NCBI GenBank assembly: GCA_965240325.2 | Contig: OZ251231.1 | Location: 2,046,001 to 2,110,000, forward strand | Length of the DNA: 64,000 nucleotides | Source of the DNA: Rebecca billardiae RCC1528 | Taxonomy: Eukaryota > Protista > Haptophyta | Reading direction: 5' to 3' | Shown here: positions 46,664 to 56,571 of the stretch, in pieces | Layout: each line of letters starts with the position of its first letter | Position numbering within the stretch: the first letter of the stretch is position 1 | Notes under the pieces: generated by a model | What the model was told of the DNA's origin: nothing | Seen by the model: only the letters and a program-made list of their open reading frames with translations | Database searches by the model: none | Program-made: the position numbers and the translations under genes

Positions 46664-49138
46664 ATGTCGGGCGCGGACTTCACCACAATCCTCCAAATCG
46701 CCGCCTTCTTGCTCGCGCTGTACGCCTCGGGCCAGGTGTGCAAGCGTGTTGCCGTGAGCGCGGTGATTGGCGAGATCCTCGTCGGCGTGCTGCTCGGCCC
46801 CTCCGTTGCGAACTTAGTACCGTTCCCCGCAGTGTTCGAGCTGGCGGGGGTATTTGGCGTGACGCTCATGATCTTCGAGTCGGGCCTGCACGTCGACTTC
46901 CACACACTCCGGCAGGTCGGCGCGCGCGCGACCGCGGTGGCCGTCCTCGGCACGCTCCTGCCGCTCTTCTCGGGGCTGCTGATGATGAACGCCTTCTCGC
47001 CCGAAGAGTTCCCGCTCTGGCCGACGGGCCTGGCCGTGGGCGTGTCGCTCGCGCCCACCTCCGTGGGCATGGCCCTCAAGATGCTCGGCGAGGCCAAGCA
47101 GCTTGACGCGGACTTTGGGCAGCTCATCGTCGCCGCAGCGTTTGTGGACGACATCCTCTCGCTGGTCGCACTGACGATGCTGCTGGAGATCGGGTACGCC
47201 GAGCGCAGCGGCATCCAGCTCGGGCCCTGGAACGTCATGCAGCCCCTCGTGCTCTCCCTTCTCTTCTGCTTCTTCGGCTGCGCCCTCGCGCTCCCCATCA
47301 AGCGGCACACAAACGACCCGCCGTTCAAAAAGTATGCGCTCTGCTTTGTGGGCTTCTGGCCGTGGGCCGTGCCCATCATGGTGGAGAAGCTGTCGACGTG
47401 CAACAAGATCACGCTCGTGCGCCGGGAGAGCGTGGTGGCCCAGCGCGAGCGCGCCGCCGACGCCGAGCGCGAGCTCGCGCTCGCCAAGCCCATGTCGTAC
47501 GGCGGCGACACGAAGGACTCGTCGTCGCACGGCGGCGCCGACGACGTGTCCCTCGGCAACCCGACCGTGGACGAGCCCGAGGTGCGGCGCGTGCGCTCGC
47601 TCGGGGACGTGCCGACGCGCGCGCCCGCGCGCTCGCTCGGCGACGTGTCGAGGCCGCACGGGGACGTGCCGAAGCGCGCGCCCGCGCTGGCGAAGGGGAT
47701 CTCGTCGCCGCCGGGCTTCGACCACGCCGAGGTCGTGGCGGCACTCGGCGCGGGCGCGCACCCGTCCGCCAGCCTCTCGAAGCACACGTCGGCCGACAAC
47801 GCGTCCATCCGGTCGGCGCACGACGGCTCGTTCAACCACGAGCCGCCGGTGATCGGCACCAACGTGAGCGCCGCGTCGGCGATCGACGAGACGGGCGAGG
47901 ACGACGAGGAGCAAGAGAGGGACGTCCGCGCGCGCCAGTCCTTTGCCGCCTCGCCGCGGCACCGCCCGATCCACGCCATGTCCGAGTCGATGCTCGACAT
48001 TGGGAACGACGGCCACCTGCACATGCACCATGGGCACGAGGACAAGGGGCTGCTCGCGCTCGTGCCGCGCACCTACCACCGCAGCAGCGTGCGCCGCATG
48101 AGCTACATCCACCACGAAGATGTGCACATGCACGAGCGCATCGTCGAGCTCACGCCTGACAACCGGAGCAAGCTCGCCATCATGTTCATCATCCTGCTCG
48201 CGTACGGCACGATTGCCAACTTCATCGGCTCGCACCTGCTCGGCGCGTTCGTGGGCGGCATGTCGTTCGCCTTCATGGACGACGCGCTCGAGCTGTGGCA
48301 CTCGCAGGTCAAGCGGATCGCGCACTGGCTCGTGCGGCTCTTCTTTGGCGCGACCGTCGCGTTTGCCGTGCCCATCGCGGCCATGCTCAACGCAGAGGCC
48401 ATCATGTTCGGCCTCGCGCTCGCCGCAGGGCCGACGTGCTTCTCCAAGATCGTCTCGGGCGTCGCCGCGGGCGCGCGCGACCGCTGGGTCGTCGGCGCCG
48501 CCATGGTCGGCCGCGGTGAGTTCGCGTTCCTCGTCGCGCAGACGGCGCGCGCGACGTTGCTCAACCCCGCGCCGGCGTCGTTCAACGGGCCTGCGCGCCA
48601 CCTCGAGCAGCACACCGGCGGCTACTGGTGCCTCCCCGGCACGTGCGGCGGCGGCGCCGTCGGCGGCGTGGGCGGCGAGGCCGGCGACTACCACCGGCTG
48701 CTCGCGGAGACCGAGTCGACCGAGCCGTTCGCGCACGGCGAGTACGAGGCGGGCGCGCAGTGGTGCGCGCACTTGGACGCGAGCGGTGCCAAGCACGCCA
48801 CGCCCCAGCCGGGTGTGCGCTACTGGGCCGTGGGCGGCCCATGCGACGCGCACGCGGACGAGTGCGACTGCAAGACCATGATGAGCCCGGCCGCCTTCTC
48901 CATCACCGTCTGGGCGCTCGTGCTGGCGTCGCTGCTCGCGCCGCTGCTCTTCGGCACGCTCCTGCGCCGGCGCAAGCGGCAGGAGGCGCAGCCGTGGACG
49001 GGCGACGAGAGATCACCGGGGAAGGCGCACCAGCGCGCCAGCCTCCTCAAGGACAAGTTCGTCGCAGGGCTGCACCTGCGCCGAGCCACCAACGACTCGG
49101 ACCACGCGGACGAGGCCGCTCAGACCGCGCACGTTTGA
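46664..49138 (+). CDS. CPA2-family cation/H+ antiporter with a large His-rich internal insertion (824 aa)
   Basis: IGEILVGVLLGP, LMIFESGL, APTSVG, IVAAAFVDDILSLV, LLGAFVGG, LFFGATVAF, MVGRGEFAFLVA. The ATG at 46664 is preferred over the track's non-ATG start. Confidence 0.9.
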   Translation: MSGADFTTILQIAAFLLALYASGQVCKRVAVSAVIGEILVGVLLGPSVANLVPFPAVFELAGVFGVTLMIFESGLHVDFHTLRQVGARATAVAVLGTLLPLFSGLLMMNAFSPEEFPLWPTGLAVGVSLAPTSVGMALKMLGEAKQLDADFGQLIVAAAFVDDILSLVALTMLLEIGYAERSGIQLGPWNVMQPLVLSLLFCFFGCALALPIKRHTNDPPFKKYALCFVGFWPWAVPIMVEKLSTCNKITLVRRESVVAQRERAADAERELALAKPMSYGGDTKDSSSHGGADDVSLGNPTVDEPEVRRVRSLGDVPTRAPARSLGDVSRPHGDVPKRAPALAKGISSPPGFDHAEVVAALGAGAHPSASLSKHTSADNASIRSAHDGSFNHEPPVIGTNVSAASAIDETGEDDEEQERDVRARQSFAASPRHRPIHAMSESMLDIGNDGHLHMHHGHEDKGLLALVPRTYHRSSVRRMSYIHHEDVHMHERIVELTPDNRSKLAIMFIILLAYGTIANFIGSHLLGAFVGGMSFAFMDDALELWHSQVKRIAHWLVRLFFGATVAFAVPIAAMLNAEAIMFGLALAAGPTCFSKIVSGVAAGARDRWVVGAAMVGRGEFAFLVAQTARATLLNPAPASFNGPARHLEQHTGGYWCLPGTCGGGAVGGVGGEAGDYHRLLAETESTEPFAHGEYEAGAQWCAHLDASGAKHATPQPGVRYWAVGGPCDAHADECDCKTMMSPAAFSITVWALVLASLLAPLLFGTLLRRRKRQEAQPWTGDERSPGKAHQRASLLKDKFVAGLHLRRATNDSDHADEAAQTAHV

Positions 49139-49974
49139 TGCGCCGCCCGCCGCCCCTGCTTCGGCTGAGGCTGCGGCTTCGAATGGCTCGGCCCCGCCGC
49201 TCGGCCGGGGTTGCGGCTGCCTCTGCCCCGCCGGCCGCTATTCGCGTGGGCGGTGCAGCTCGCCAGCGACCTTGTCGCGACGCCAGCATTCACCCAGCTC
49301 GACTTCGGGAGCGTCGGCAGCCTCAGCGCGAGCACGCTCTTGGGTCTTGGCAGCGCAGCCGCCGCAGTCGCGGCAGCCGCCCGGCGGCCCGGCTGCGCGA
49401 GCGCCCTGCGCCCCCCCCGGGGCCCCGTGCTGCGCGTCCTCATTGCGAGCCCCTGCCCGTGGCCCGTCTTCGCCTTCGGATGCGGGATGGACTGATGACT
49501 CTGATATGATCGGTGTACATGCCTCCTACTAAGCTGCTCGCGGCTCACTACTCTAGCCTACTGAGTGCCGGACGAAGTCGTCATCATTGTATAGTGTCTA
49601 CTGCAGCATGACTACTGTGTCTGCGCGCGTTGATGCTGTGCCGCGCTGTCGAGCGCAGTGCCAATGTGAATGGCACGCGGTGCGGATCGGTGAGCGACGG
49701 ACACTGTCACGGACGGTCGTGCGACGGCGGCGGCGCGGCGGAACGGACGAGGGACTCGGCTCACCCGAATTCGTTGCAATTGAAGACTGACGACTCCGAC
49801 CGTCGTCCCGAAGACGCTCGCACGGTGCGCGCCGTGGGTTTGACTGAGCGTCGCGAAGAGTTGGTAAGTTGGATCCTCGGCCCAGATCCAGCGCGCAGCG
49901 CCGGGAGCTGCAGTCCGCCGCGCAGCTGCCGAGTGTGTCCGCGGCGGGCGCCGCGCGGATCAATCGTCAATGAC

Positions 49975-51123
49975 TCACTTCGACTTCTTGGACTCCTTCT
50001 TGCCCTTGTCGGCCTTCTTGGGCGGCGGCTTGATGCCGACCGCCTTGCACGTGTACTTTGCGATCTGGTTGGCGAAGAAGACGATGAACACGCCGATCCA
50101 CTGGGTCTTCGCCATCGAATGCCTGAACCAGAGCACCGAGAAGAGCACGCTCACCAGCTTGCGGATTGTCGTCACCTTGGTGACGGTGAGCGCGCCAAAG
50201 TCGTGCTGCAGCTTGAAGATGAAGAGGTTGCCCGCCGCCATCGTCGCCGAGAAGATGGCCATCTCCTGCAACACCGACGGGTGGGTCACCACGAACTTCG
50301 AGAGCTCGGCGAGCTCGCCTGCGAGACGCGAGCGGGCAGGAGGCGCAGCGCAGGGGCGGCGGCTCAGCGCGGCGTGCGCGTGCTCAAGGCCTGACGCCGC
50401 TGCGCCGCCGCGCGGTCGCGCACCCGATGGCAAGATGAGAACGGTCGCGAAGAGCGCCTGCCACAAGTTCATGTTGAGCATGAGGTGGTACTCCGTCACC
50501 TTGTACTCCTTGGCGATCTTGTTCTGGTACGGGCCGTAGATGCCGTCGCAGATGAGCGCGAGGAAGACGAGCGTGAGCCCAAAGATGGTCTTCGCGTCGA
50601 GGTGGAACTCGTCGTCCTTCTTCTTGGGCTGCGCGAGGGTGAAGACTACGACGCCGAGGGTGAGTAGGATCACCGAGATCTTCTTCTCCGTCGAGTGCGT
50701 CTGCCCCGCGAGCAGCCGCTCCCCGAGCATCACGGGAATCGACTTGCACGACTTGCAGACGACCTGCAGCGGGAAGATGATGTATCGCAGCGCCTCGAGC
50801 CCAAACTTGTGCGCCCCGAGGTAGGCGAGCGAGGTGAGCAGCCATTCGCGCACGGGCACGCCACCCGTGATGCTCACTTTCCAGCCCTGCGTCAGCTTGA
50901 GCGCGATATACCCAACGACGGCGTTGCCGACCGACTGCACCAACACGAGTGACGAGGTGTGCGTGAAGCGGTCCTTGTTCGGGCCGTACCGGTGGCTAGT
51001 CAGCGTCTCCTGCGCCCAGCCAAAGGCGACGAAGGATACCCACACACCCGTCGAGAGGAAAGCGAGCTTGAGCAGGCTCCCACCCACGAGCCCGTCCTCG
51101 TTCAATTGTGTCGGCGCCCCCAT
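49975..51123 (-). CDS. SLC35B1: UAA-family transporter, SLC35B1/UTr1/HUT1-like (347 aa); exons 51123-50424, 50318-49975
   Basis: GWAQE, ALRYIIFPLQVVCKSCKSIPVM, DGIYGPYQ, FGALTVTKVTTIRKLVSVLFS. In-frame 105-nt intron 50319-50423. C-terminal KKSK* is a KKxx ER-retrieval signal. Confidence 0.92.
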   Translation of the reverse strand: MGAPTQLNEDGLVGGSLLKLAFLSTGVWVSFVAFGWAQETLTSHRYGPNKDRFTHTSSLVLVQSVGNAVVGYIALKLTQGWKVSITGGVPVREWLLTSLAYLGAHKFGLEALRYIIFPLQVVCKSCKSIPVMLGERLLAGQTHSTEKKISVILLTLGVVVFTLAQPKKKDDEFHLDAKTIFGLTLVFLALICDGIYGPYQNKIAKEYKVTEYHLMLNMNLWQALFATVLILPSGARPRGGAAASGLEHAHAALSRRPCAAPPARSRLAGELAELSKFVVTHPSVLQEMAIFSATMAAGNLFIFKLQHDFGALTVTKVTTIRKLVSVLFSVLWFRHSMAKTQWIGVFIVFFANQIAKYTCKAVGIKPPPKKADKGKKESKKSK

Positions 51124-51439
51124 GGTTGTCGGCGGACACAGTCACGTGCTGCCACGTCACGTCCAGTTCGTCGGCTTTGGTCGGTCTCGGCCTCTCGGGC
51201 GGGTATTTTGATGAGTGCTTTGAGCTTTCCAGCCACTTCCATCCTTCCAGATACGTAGCACGGAATTACGACGAATGGAGACGCTGATGACATGTCAGTA
51301 AAATACTTGAGAGCGCAGTCGCGCTTTTCACGGGGCGGACGCGGACGCCGCTCTGGCCCTCACTCGGAGATGTAGCTCTCCATGCGCGCGGTAGGTCCCT
51401 CGGAGCTGTGCGCCTGCGCCCCTTGCCGCCCTCGCCCGC

Positions 51440-54400
51440 TCACCCTCCTCGCTCGCCAGCGCTCCCAGTGGTCGTCCCAGCGCGGACTGCGATCGCGCTC
51501 AGCGCGGGGGCGCCGAGCGGCCCGAGGGCCGTCACCTCCTCAGCCTCGGCAGCGAGCGCGCGCTCCCACACGGCCACCACTGCGCGGTGCACGCGGCGCA
51601 CCGTGCGCTTGACCAGCCTCCGCGCTTGGCGGCGACGCTGTGCCTCCGCCACCGAGCCTTCCGCGTCGGCGGCTGCACCCGGCTCCCCTCCGTCGCCGTC
51701 GGCAGCAGCGGCCGTGTCTGGCCTGTAGGCAGCGGCGGCCTGCAGCCAGCGCTCCACCGCGGCGTGCGTGCCCACCTCGTCGCACAGCCAGAGCACGCGC
51801 AGCAGCCGCGCCAGAGCGCCCTCCACGCGCTCGCGCAGCGGCGGCGGCACGCAATCGTCGAGCGATGCAAACACCGCATACGCGCGCAGCGCCAGCCCGA
51901 TCGCGCCGGCCGCGTGCGCGCGCGCGCGGGGCCACGCGCCACGCGCCACGACCGCCGCCATCTCCAGCCCGCCGCTCAGCTCGCGCGCGCGCTGGGCCTG
52001 CTCCTGCCGGCTGCCGAAGCGGGAGGCGCGGCCGAGCGCGTCCGCGGCGTCGGCGGCGCTCGCCAGCGCGGTGGTCAGGGTCTCCTTGGCGCGCGCGCAG
52101 AGCACGCCGCCGCCGAGCGCGCCGAGCAGCTCGGGCGCGTGCTGGAGCCACGCGCCGCGCACGTGCTCGCGCGGCGCCGCCATCTGCAGCTCGCGCAGGC
52201 ACGTGTCGAGCAGCCGCGCATGCAGCGCCGCCGCCGCGCGCTCGTCCGGCGCGCGCGCGGCGGCGCGCGCGAGCGCGGGCAGCGCGCTGAGCCCGTGCTC
52301 CAGTACGTGGCCCGCGCGCACGGTGAGCGCCTGCGCGAGCGCGTGGCTGCACAGCTCGAGGTCCCACAGCAGCACCGGCGCGGCGACGCTGCGCAGCGCG
52401 TGCGCGAGCGCGCACACGGCGTGCGCGCGCGCGGGCAGGTGCTGCTGCTGCGCGTGCTGGGCGAGCATGCGCAGCGCGCGGCTCGGGGGCTCGGCGGCGC
52501 GCGCGCGGCTGCGCGCCGCGTCGCCCCCGAGGCCGGGTGGCAGCACGAGCGCGCCGCCGCCGCCACCGCCGCCGCCACCTTCGCCCACGGCGCCGAGGGC
52601 GGCGGCCTCGCGCGCCGCAGGCGGCACGCGCATGCCGCTGTCGTCGGCGCGCGGCACGGGCGTAGCCGCGAGCGCAGTCGCAGCCGCGGGGTCCTCGACG
52701 GAGGTGACGAGTGCGCTGAGGGCGTACACCCACCGGCTGATCTCCCACGCGTTGGGGCGGGCGGCTCCGCTCGCCGCGCCGCGCGCGCCGCTGCCGCCCT
52801 CCGCAGCCTCCAGCGCGCCCTGGCAGCGCGCGAGCGCGGGCGCAGCGCACGCCAACACAAGGGCCTCGGCCGCGGCGCACGGCGCGCGCGCAGCCGTTGG
52901 GCTGGCGCCATTCGCCGAGCCCGCGGCCGGCTGGCCGAGCAGCAGCGCGCAGAGCAGCGCCTCTCGCGCGTGCGCAAACGCACGCAGCCCACCGCCCGTG
53001 CCCTCCTCACCGCCGGCCGCGCCGCCGCCCCAGCCCGCATCGGGCAGCGGCTCGGCGCGCGCGCCGTCCGCGCCGTCCGCGTGCGCGCGGCCCCAGCGCA
53101 GCGCGGCCAGCGCGAGCATCGGCGCGCTCGCCACGCCGAGCAGCAGCCGCGCGCGCGTGCCCAGCGCCAGCGCCTCCGCCCCGTCTTGCGCGCGCGCCGG
53201 CGCCTCGGTCGCGCCCGCGCCCGCGCCGCCGCTCAGCCTCTGCAGCGCGCGCACCGCCGCGGCCGCAGCACCCATCTGAGCGTGCGCCGCGCGCGCGCAC
53301 GCGCGTAGCGCGCGCGCTGCGTGCGCCGCGCGCAGCGCGCGCGCCTCCTTGTCCTCCGTGCGCATCTGCGCGCCGTCCTCCCGCCACGTCGCCGCGTCGA
53401 TGGCGCGCACGCGCGCCGCGTCCGAGCGCACCGCCTCCGCCCAGCGCGCGCCCGGCCTGAGCGCCGCCAGCCGCGCGGGCGCGCACTCGACCGGAAGGGC
53501 GCACATGAACTCGAGCTCGCCGAGGCGCGCGCTCAGCGTGGTGCCCTGCAGCGCGTGCGCGGCGGGTGCGTCGAGGAGCGCGTGCGAGAGCTCGTCTGCG
53601 AGCGAGCGCAGAGCGGCGCGCAGTGCCGCCGTCTCTGCCGGCGGCGCCGCGCCGGCAGCCGCCGCCGCGTCGACAGCAGCGGCCGCGCCGATGCCGTTGG
53701 CGTCGTCGGGGGGCGGGCCGGCGCCATCGCCGGCGCTGTGCGGCGGCAGCGCGTCGAGTGCTGCTTGCAGCGCGAGCAGCAGCTGCCACTGCGCGCACGC
53801 GCCACCACGCCCGCGCGCACGCTCGAGAGCGCCGAGCTCGAGCCAGCGCACGCGCGCCGGCTTCCGCGCCATCGGCAGCTCAGCGCGTGGTGGCGCCGCG
53901 CTCACGGCGAGGCGCAGCGCCTCGCGCGCCGCGCGTGTGCGCGCCCGTGCGTGCGAGCCGCCGGCCGAGCTCGACGCGACGCGATTCCACCCGCCGCCCG
54001 CGCCGCCCGTGCTCGAGTCGTTGTCGCCCTCGGCCTCGCCCGCACGGCCTGTGCGCGCGCCCGCCCCGCGCGTGCCCACGCCATCGAGCTCAGCGTCCTC
54101 CGCGCCCGAGCTGGCCGGCGCGAGGATTGGGCCGAGGGCGACGAGCAGGGCGGGCATGCGGGCGGATAGCGCGCGCGCGCACGCGTCGCTCGCGCGGGCG
54201 GTCTGCGCCAGCCCGGCGACGGCGCGCACGAGCGCGTCCGCGTCGGCGGCGCTACGGCCGAGCACGTCCTCATCGACCAACGCCTCCCACGCGCCCTCTG
54301 CCTCGTGGGCGTGCGCGGCGAGGAGCGCGGCGCGTGCGCGCTCGTCGGCGCTGCCGGCGCTCCCCACGTCGCCTGCGACCTGCAGTAGCGCGAGCAGCAC

Positions 54401-54643
54401 CGCGCGCACCCACGCCGAGCGCGGCTGGCCGAGCACGATCTGCTCGGCGGCCTCGACGGCGGCCACGCGCACCTGCCACTGCGCGTCCGCGCATGCGCTG
54501 GCGACGAGCGGGGCCACGGCCTCTGGCGAGACGGCGGCTGTCTCGAGCGCGAGGCGGATCGCCGCCAGCGCCTCGGCGCGCTCGGCCCACTTGGACGCGG
54601 CCAGGCGCTGCGCCCACGCGCGCGCTGCTTCGTCAGCCGCCAT
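51440..54643 (-). CDS. HEAT/ARM-repeat protein, possibly TTI2-like (TELO2-interacting protein 2), ~1,067 aa
   Basis: N-terminal HEAT-like SKWAERAEAL...DAQWQVRVAAVEA. Ala/Leu-rich helical composition. C-terminal AWPRARAH resembles the TTI2 'WPR..H' motif. Introns cannot be excluded. Confidence 0.6.
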   Translation of the reverse strand: MAADEAARAWAQRLAASKWAERAEALAAIRLALETAAVSPEAVAPLVASACADAQWQVRVAAVEAAEQIVLGQPRSAWVRAVLLALLQVAGDVGSAGSADERARAALLAAHAHEAEGAWEALVDEDVLGRSAADADALVRAVAGLAQTARASDACARALSARMPALLVALGPILAPASSGAEDAELDGVGTRGAGARTGRAGEAEGDNDSSTGGAGGGWNRVASSSAGGSHARARTRAAREALRLAVSAAPPRAELPMARKPARVRWLELGALERARGRGGACAQWQLLLALQAALDALPPHSAGDGAGPPPDDANGIGAAAAVDAAAAAGAAPPAETAALRAALRSLADELSHALLDAPAAHALQGTTLSARLGELEFMCALPVECAPARLAALRPGARWAEAVRSDAARVRAIDAATWREDGAQMRTEDKEARALRAAHAARALRACARAAHAQMGAAAAAVRALQRLSGGAGAGATEAPARAQDGAEALALGTRARLLLGVASAPMLALAALRWGRAHADGADGARAEPLPDAGWGGGAAGGEEGTGGGLRAFAHAREALLCALLLGQPAAGSANGASPTAARAPCAAAEALVLACAAPALARCQGALEAAEGGSGARGAASGAARPNAWEISRWVYALSALVTSVEDPAAATALAATPVPRADDSGMRVPPAAREAAALGAVGEGGGGGGGGGALVLPPGLGGDAARSRARAAEPPSRALRMLAQHAQQQHLPARAHAVCALAHALRSVAAPVLLWDLELCSHALAQALTVRAGHVLEHGLSALPALARAAARAPDERAAAALHARLLDTCLRELQMAAPREHVRGAWLQHAPELLGALGGGVLCARAKETLTTALASAADAADALGRASRFGSRQEQAQRARELSGGLEMAAVVARGAWPRARAHAAGAIGLALRAYAVFASLDDCVPPPLRERVEGALARLLRVLWLCDEVGTHAAVERWLQAAAAYRPDTAAAADGDGGEPGAAADAEGSVAEAQRRRQARRLVKRTVRRVHRAVVAVWERALAAEAEEVTALGPLGAPALSAIAVRAGTTTGSAGERGG

Positions 54644-54795
54644 CGCGCTCGGACCCTGAGATCCGGAGACACCGCGGGCGGCTGCCCAGTCGCCGTCTCG
54701 AGCTCCGAGCGCTCTCGCCGGCCCTCGCCGAGGACGGACGAGCGGGGAGGAAGCCCGCGCGCAATTCCGCCAGCGATCGTCCACCGAGCGGCCCG

Positions 54796-56571
54796 ATGTG
54801 CGCGCGCCAGCTCCTGCTCGCCCTGCTCGGCGCGGGTGCGGTCGTCGGCGCGTCTGCGCTGCGCGTGGCCCCGCCGCCACGCCATCGCGTCAGCTCGCCG
54901 GCGCGCGCGCGGCTGGCCATGGGCGGGAGCGGCAACGAGCGATCGCTCGGCAAGCGGTACGACCTCGTCGTGCTCGGCGCCGGCCCGACCGGCATCACCG
55001 CGGCGGTGAAGGCGGCGCAGCTCGGCCGCTCGGCGATCCTGATCGACGACCCGGGCAGTGGCGCGAAGCTGCAGGTCGGCGGCCCTTCGGGCCTCTTCTC
55101 CAAGGCGCTGCGCGACGTGTCGAAGCGGCTGAACGTGCGCACGCTGCGCTCGATGGGCATCCTCGACTCGAGCATCTGGGCGCAGGCGCAGAGCCTGTGC
55201 AAGGAGATCGCGCTGGTGGAGACGCAGAACACGGTGCGCAAGCTGCAGCAGGCGGGCGTGCCGCGCATCCAGGGCGCCGCCGCCTTCGACCGCGTGGGCA
55301 GCGACGGCTCGCTCGTCGTGCGGTGCGCGATGCGCGACGGCTCGAGCCTGCTGGTGCGCGCCGAGCGCGCGCTCATCGCGACGGGCTCGCGCGCGTGGGC
55401 GGCGCCGGGGATCCCGCTGGACGGGCGGCGCGTGTTCGACTCGGACTCGATCAAGCGGCTCTCCTACCTCCCCACCTCCGTCGTCATCACCGGCTCGGGC
55501 ATCATCGCGATCGAGTTTGCCAAGATCTTCTCGGCGCTCGGCGCGCACACGACGCTGCTCGTGCGCGGCCCGTCGCTCGGGCGCTGCCTCGAGCGCTTCG
55601 GGATGGACGGCTCGTTCGGCGCAGAGGTGAAGCAGTCGCTCGAGGAGAGCGGGATCCAGCTCCTCTTCAACACCGAGGTCGTCCCGGACTCGTTCGACGT
55701 GCCCGCCTCGCTCGGGGCGCCGATCCGTCTGCGCGTGCGCTCGACCGCGCCCGCCGCGCCGTCGCCGCCGCCGCCGCCGCCGCCGCCAAGGTCGCCCTTC
55801 GACCTGCTGGGCGGCGCGCGCGCGCCGAAGGCGACGAGCGCGGAGAGCGCCGCGCCCGTGGAGCGCGAGCTCGAGTGCAGCTGCTACATGCTCGCTGCCG
55901 GGCGCGACGCGAACACGGCGAGCCTCAACCTCGGCGCGGTCGGTATCTCTGCTGACGGCCGCGGCAACGTGCAGGTGGACGAGCAGCTGCGCACGGCCTG
56001 CCGCCGCGTGTGGGCGGCGGGCGACGTGCTCGGCCCGCCCTCGCTCGCGTCGACGGGCGTGGAGCAGGCCACCGCCGCCATCGCCGCGATGTTCGCCGCG
56101 GAGGCCGAGGCCTCCACCACCGCCGCCAAAACCACCGCCGACCTCCGCCCCGAGTCGTTGCTCTCCTCGTCGGAGCGCTACCCGGTCGGCATCTGGACGA
56201 CGCCCGAGATGGCCTACTTTGGGAGGACGCTCAAGCGGGCGCGCGAGGACGGGATCGAGGGCGTGGAGGGCGTGGCGAGGTACTCGGACACGCTGCGCGG
56301 CCACGTGAACCGCTGCTCCATCGGCTCGGCCAAGCTCGTCGTCGGCGCGCCCGGCGGCGAGGTGCTGGGCGTGTTCCTCTTTGGGGACGAGGCGTGCGAG
56401 CTCGTGCACTACGGCATGGAGCTGGTCGTGAGCAAGCGCACGGTGTACGACGTGCGCGACACGATGTTCGCCGCGGTGACGTACCACGAGCTCTTCAAAA
56501 ACGCCGCAGAGGACGCGATCGCCAAGCTCGCCACACCCTCCGGGTCGGCGCGCGCGCAGTCGGACGAATGA
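54796..56571 (+). CDS. sthA: Soluble pyridine nucleotide transhydrogenase-like flavoprotein (SthA/UdhA) with bipartite plastid-type leader, 591 aa
   Basis: FAD motif YDLVVLGAGPTG. GGPSGLFSKALR without the CxxxxC disulfide. IATGSRA, FDSDSI..L..LP, ITGSGIIAIEFAKIFSALG, AAGDVLGPPSLASTGVEQ, YPVGIWTTPE. Signal peptide MCARQLLLALLGAGAVVGASA. Confidence 0.8.
   Translation: MCARQLLLALLGAGAVVGASALRVAPPPRHRVSSPARARLAMGGSGNERSLGKRYDLVVLGAGPTGITAAVKAAQLGRSAILIDDPGSGAKLQVGGPSGLFSKALRDVSKRLNVRTLRSMGILDSSIWAQAQSLCKEIALVETQNTVRKLQQAGVPRIQGAAAFDRVGSDGSLVVRCAMRDGSSLLVRAERALIATGSRAWAAPGIPLDGRRVFDSDSIKRLSYLPTSVVITGSGIIAIEFAKIFSALGAHTTLLVRGPSLGRCLERFGMDGSFGAEVKQSLEESGIQLLFNTEVVPDSFDVPASLGAPIRLRVRSTAPAAPSPPPPPPPPRSPFDLLGGARAPKATSAESAAPVERELECSCYMLAAGRDANTASLNLGAVGISADGRGNVQVDEQLRTACRRVWAAGDVLGPPSLASTGVEQATAAIAAMFAAEAEASTTAAKTTADLRPESLLSSSERYPVGIWTTPEMAYFGRTLKRAREDGIEGVEGVARYSDTLRGHVNRCSIGSAKLVVGAPGGEVLGVFLFGDEACELVHYGMELVVSKRTVYDVRDTMFAAVTYHELFKNAAEDAIAKLATPSGSARAQSDE

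Noticed and set aside
53566-54795. Long N-terminal extension of the SthA-like ORF in the track (1,001 aa)
   Set aside because: It overlaps the antisense HEAT gene and is low-complexity. ATG 54796 gives a clean signal peptide.
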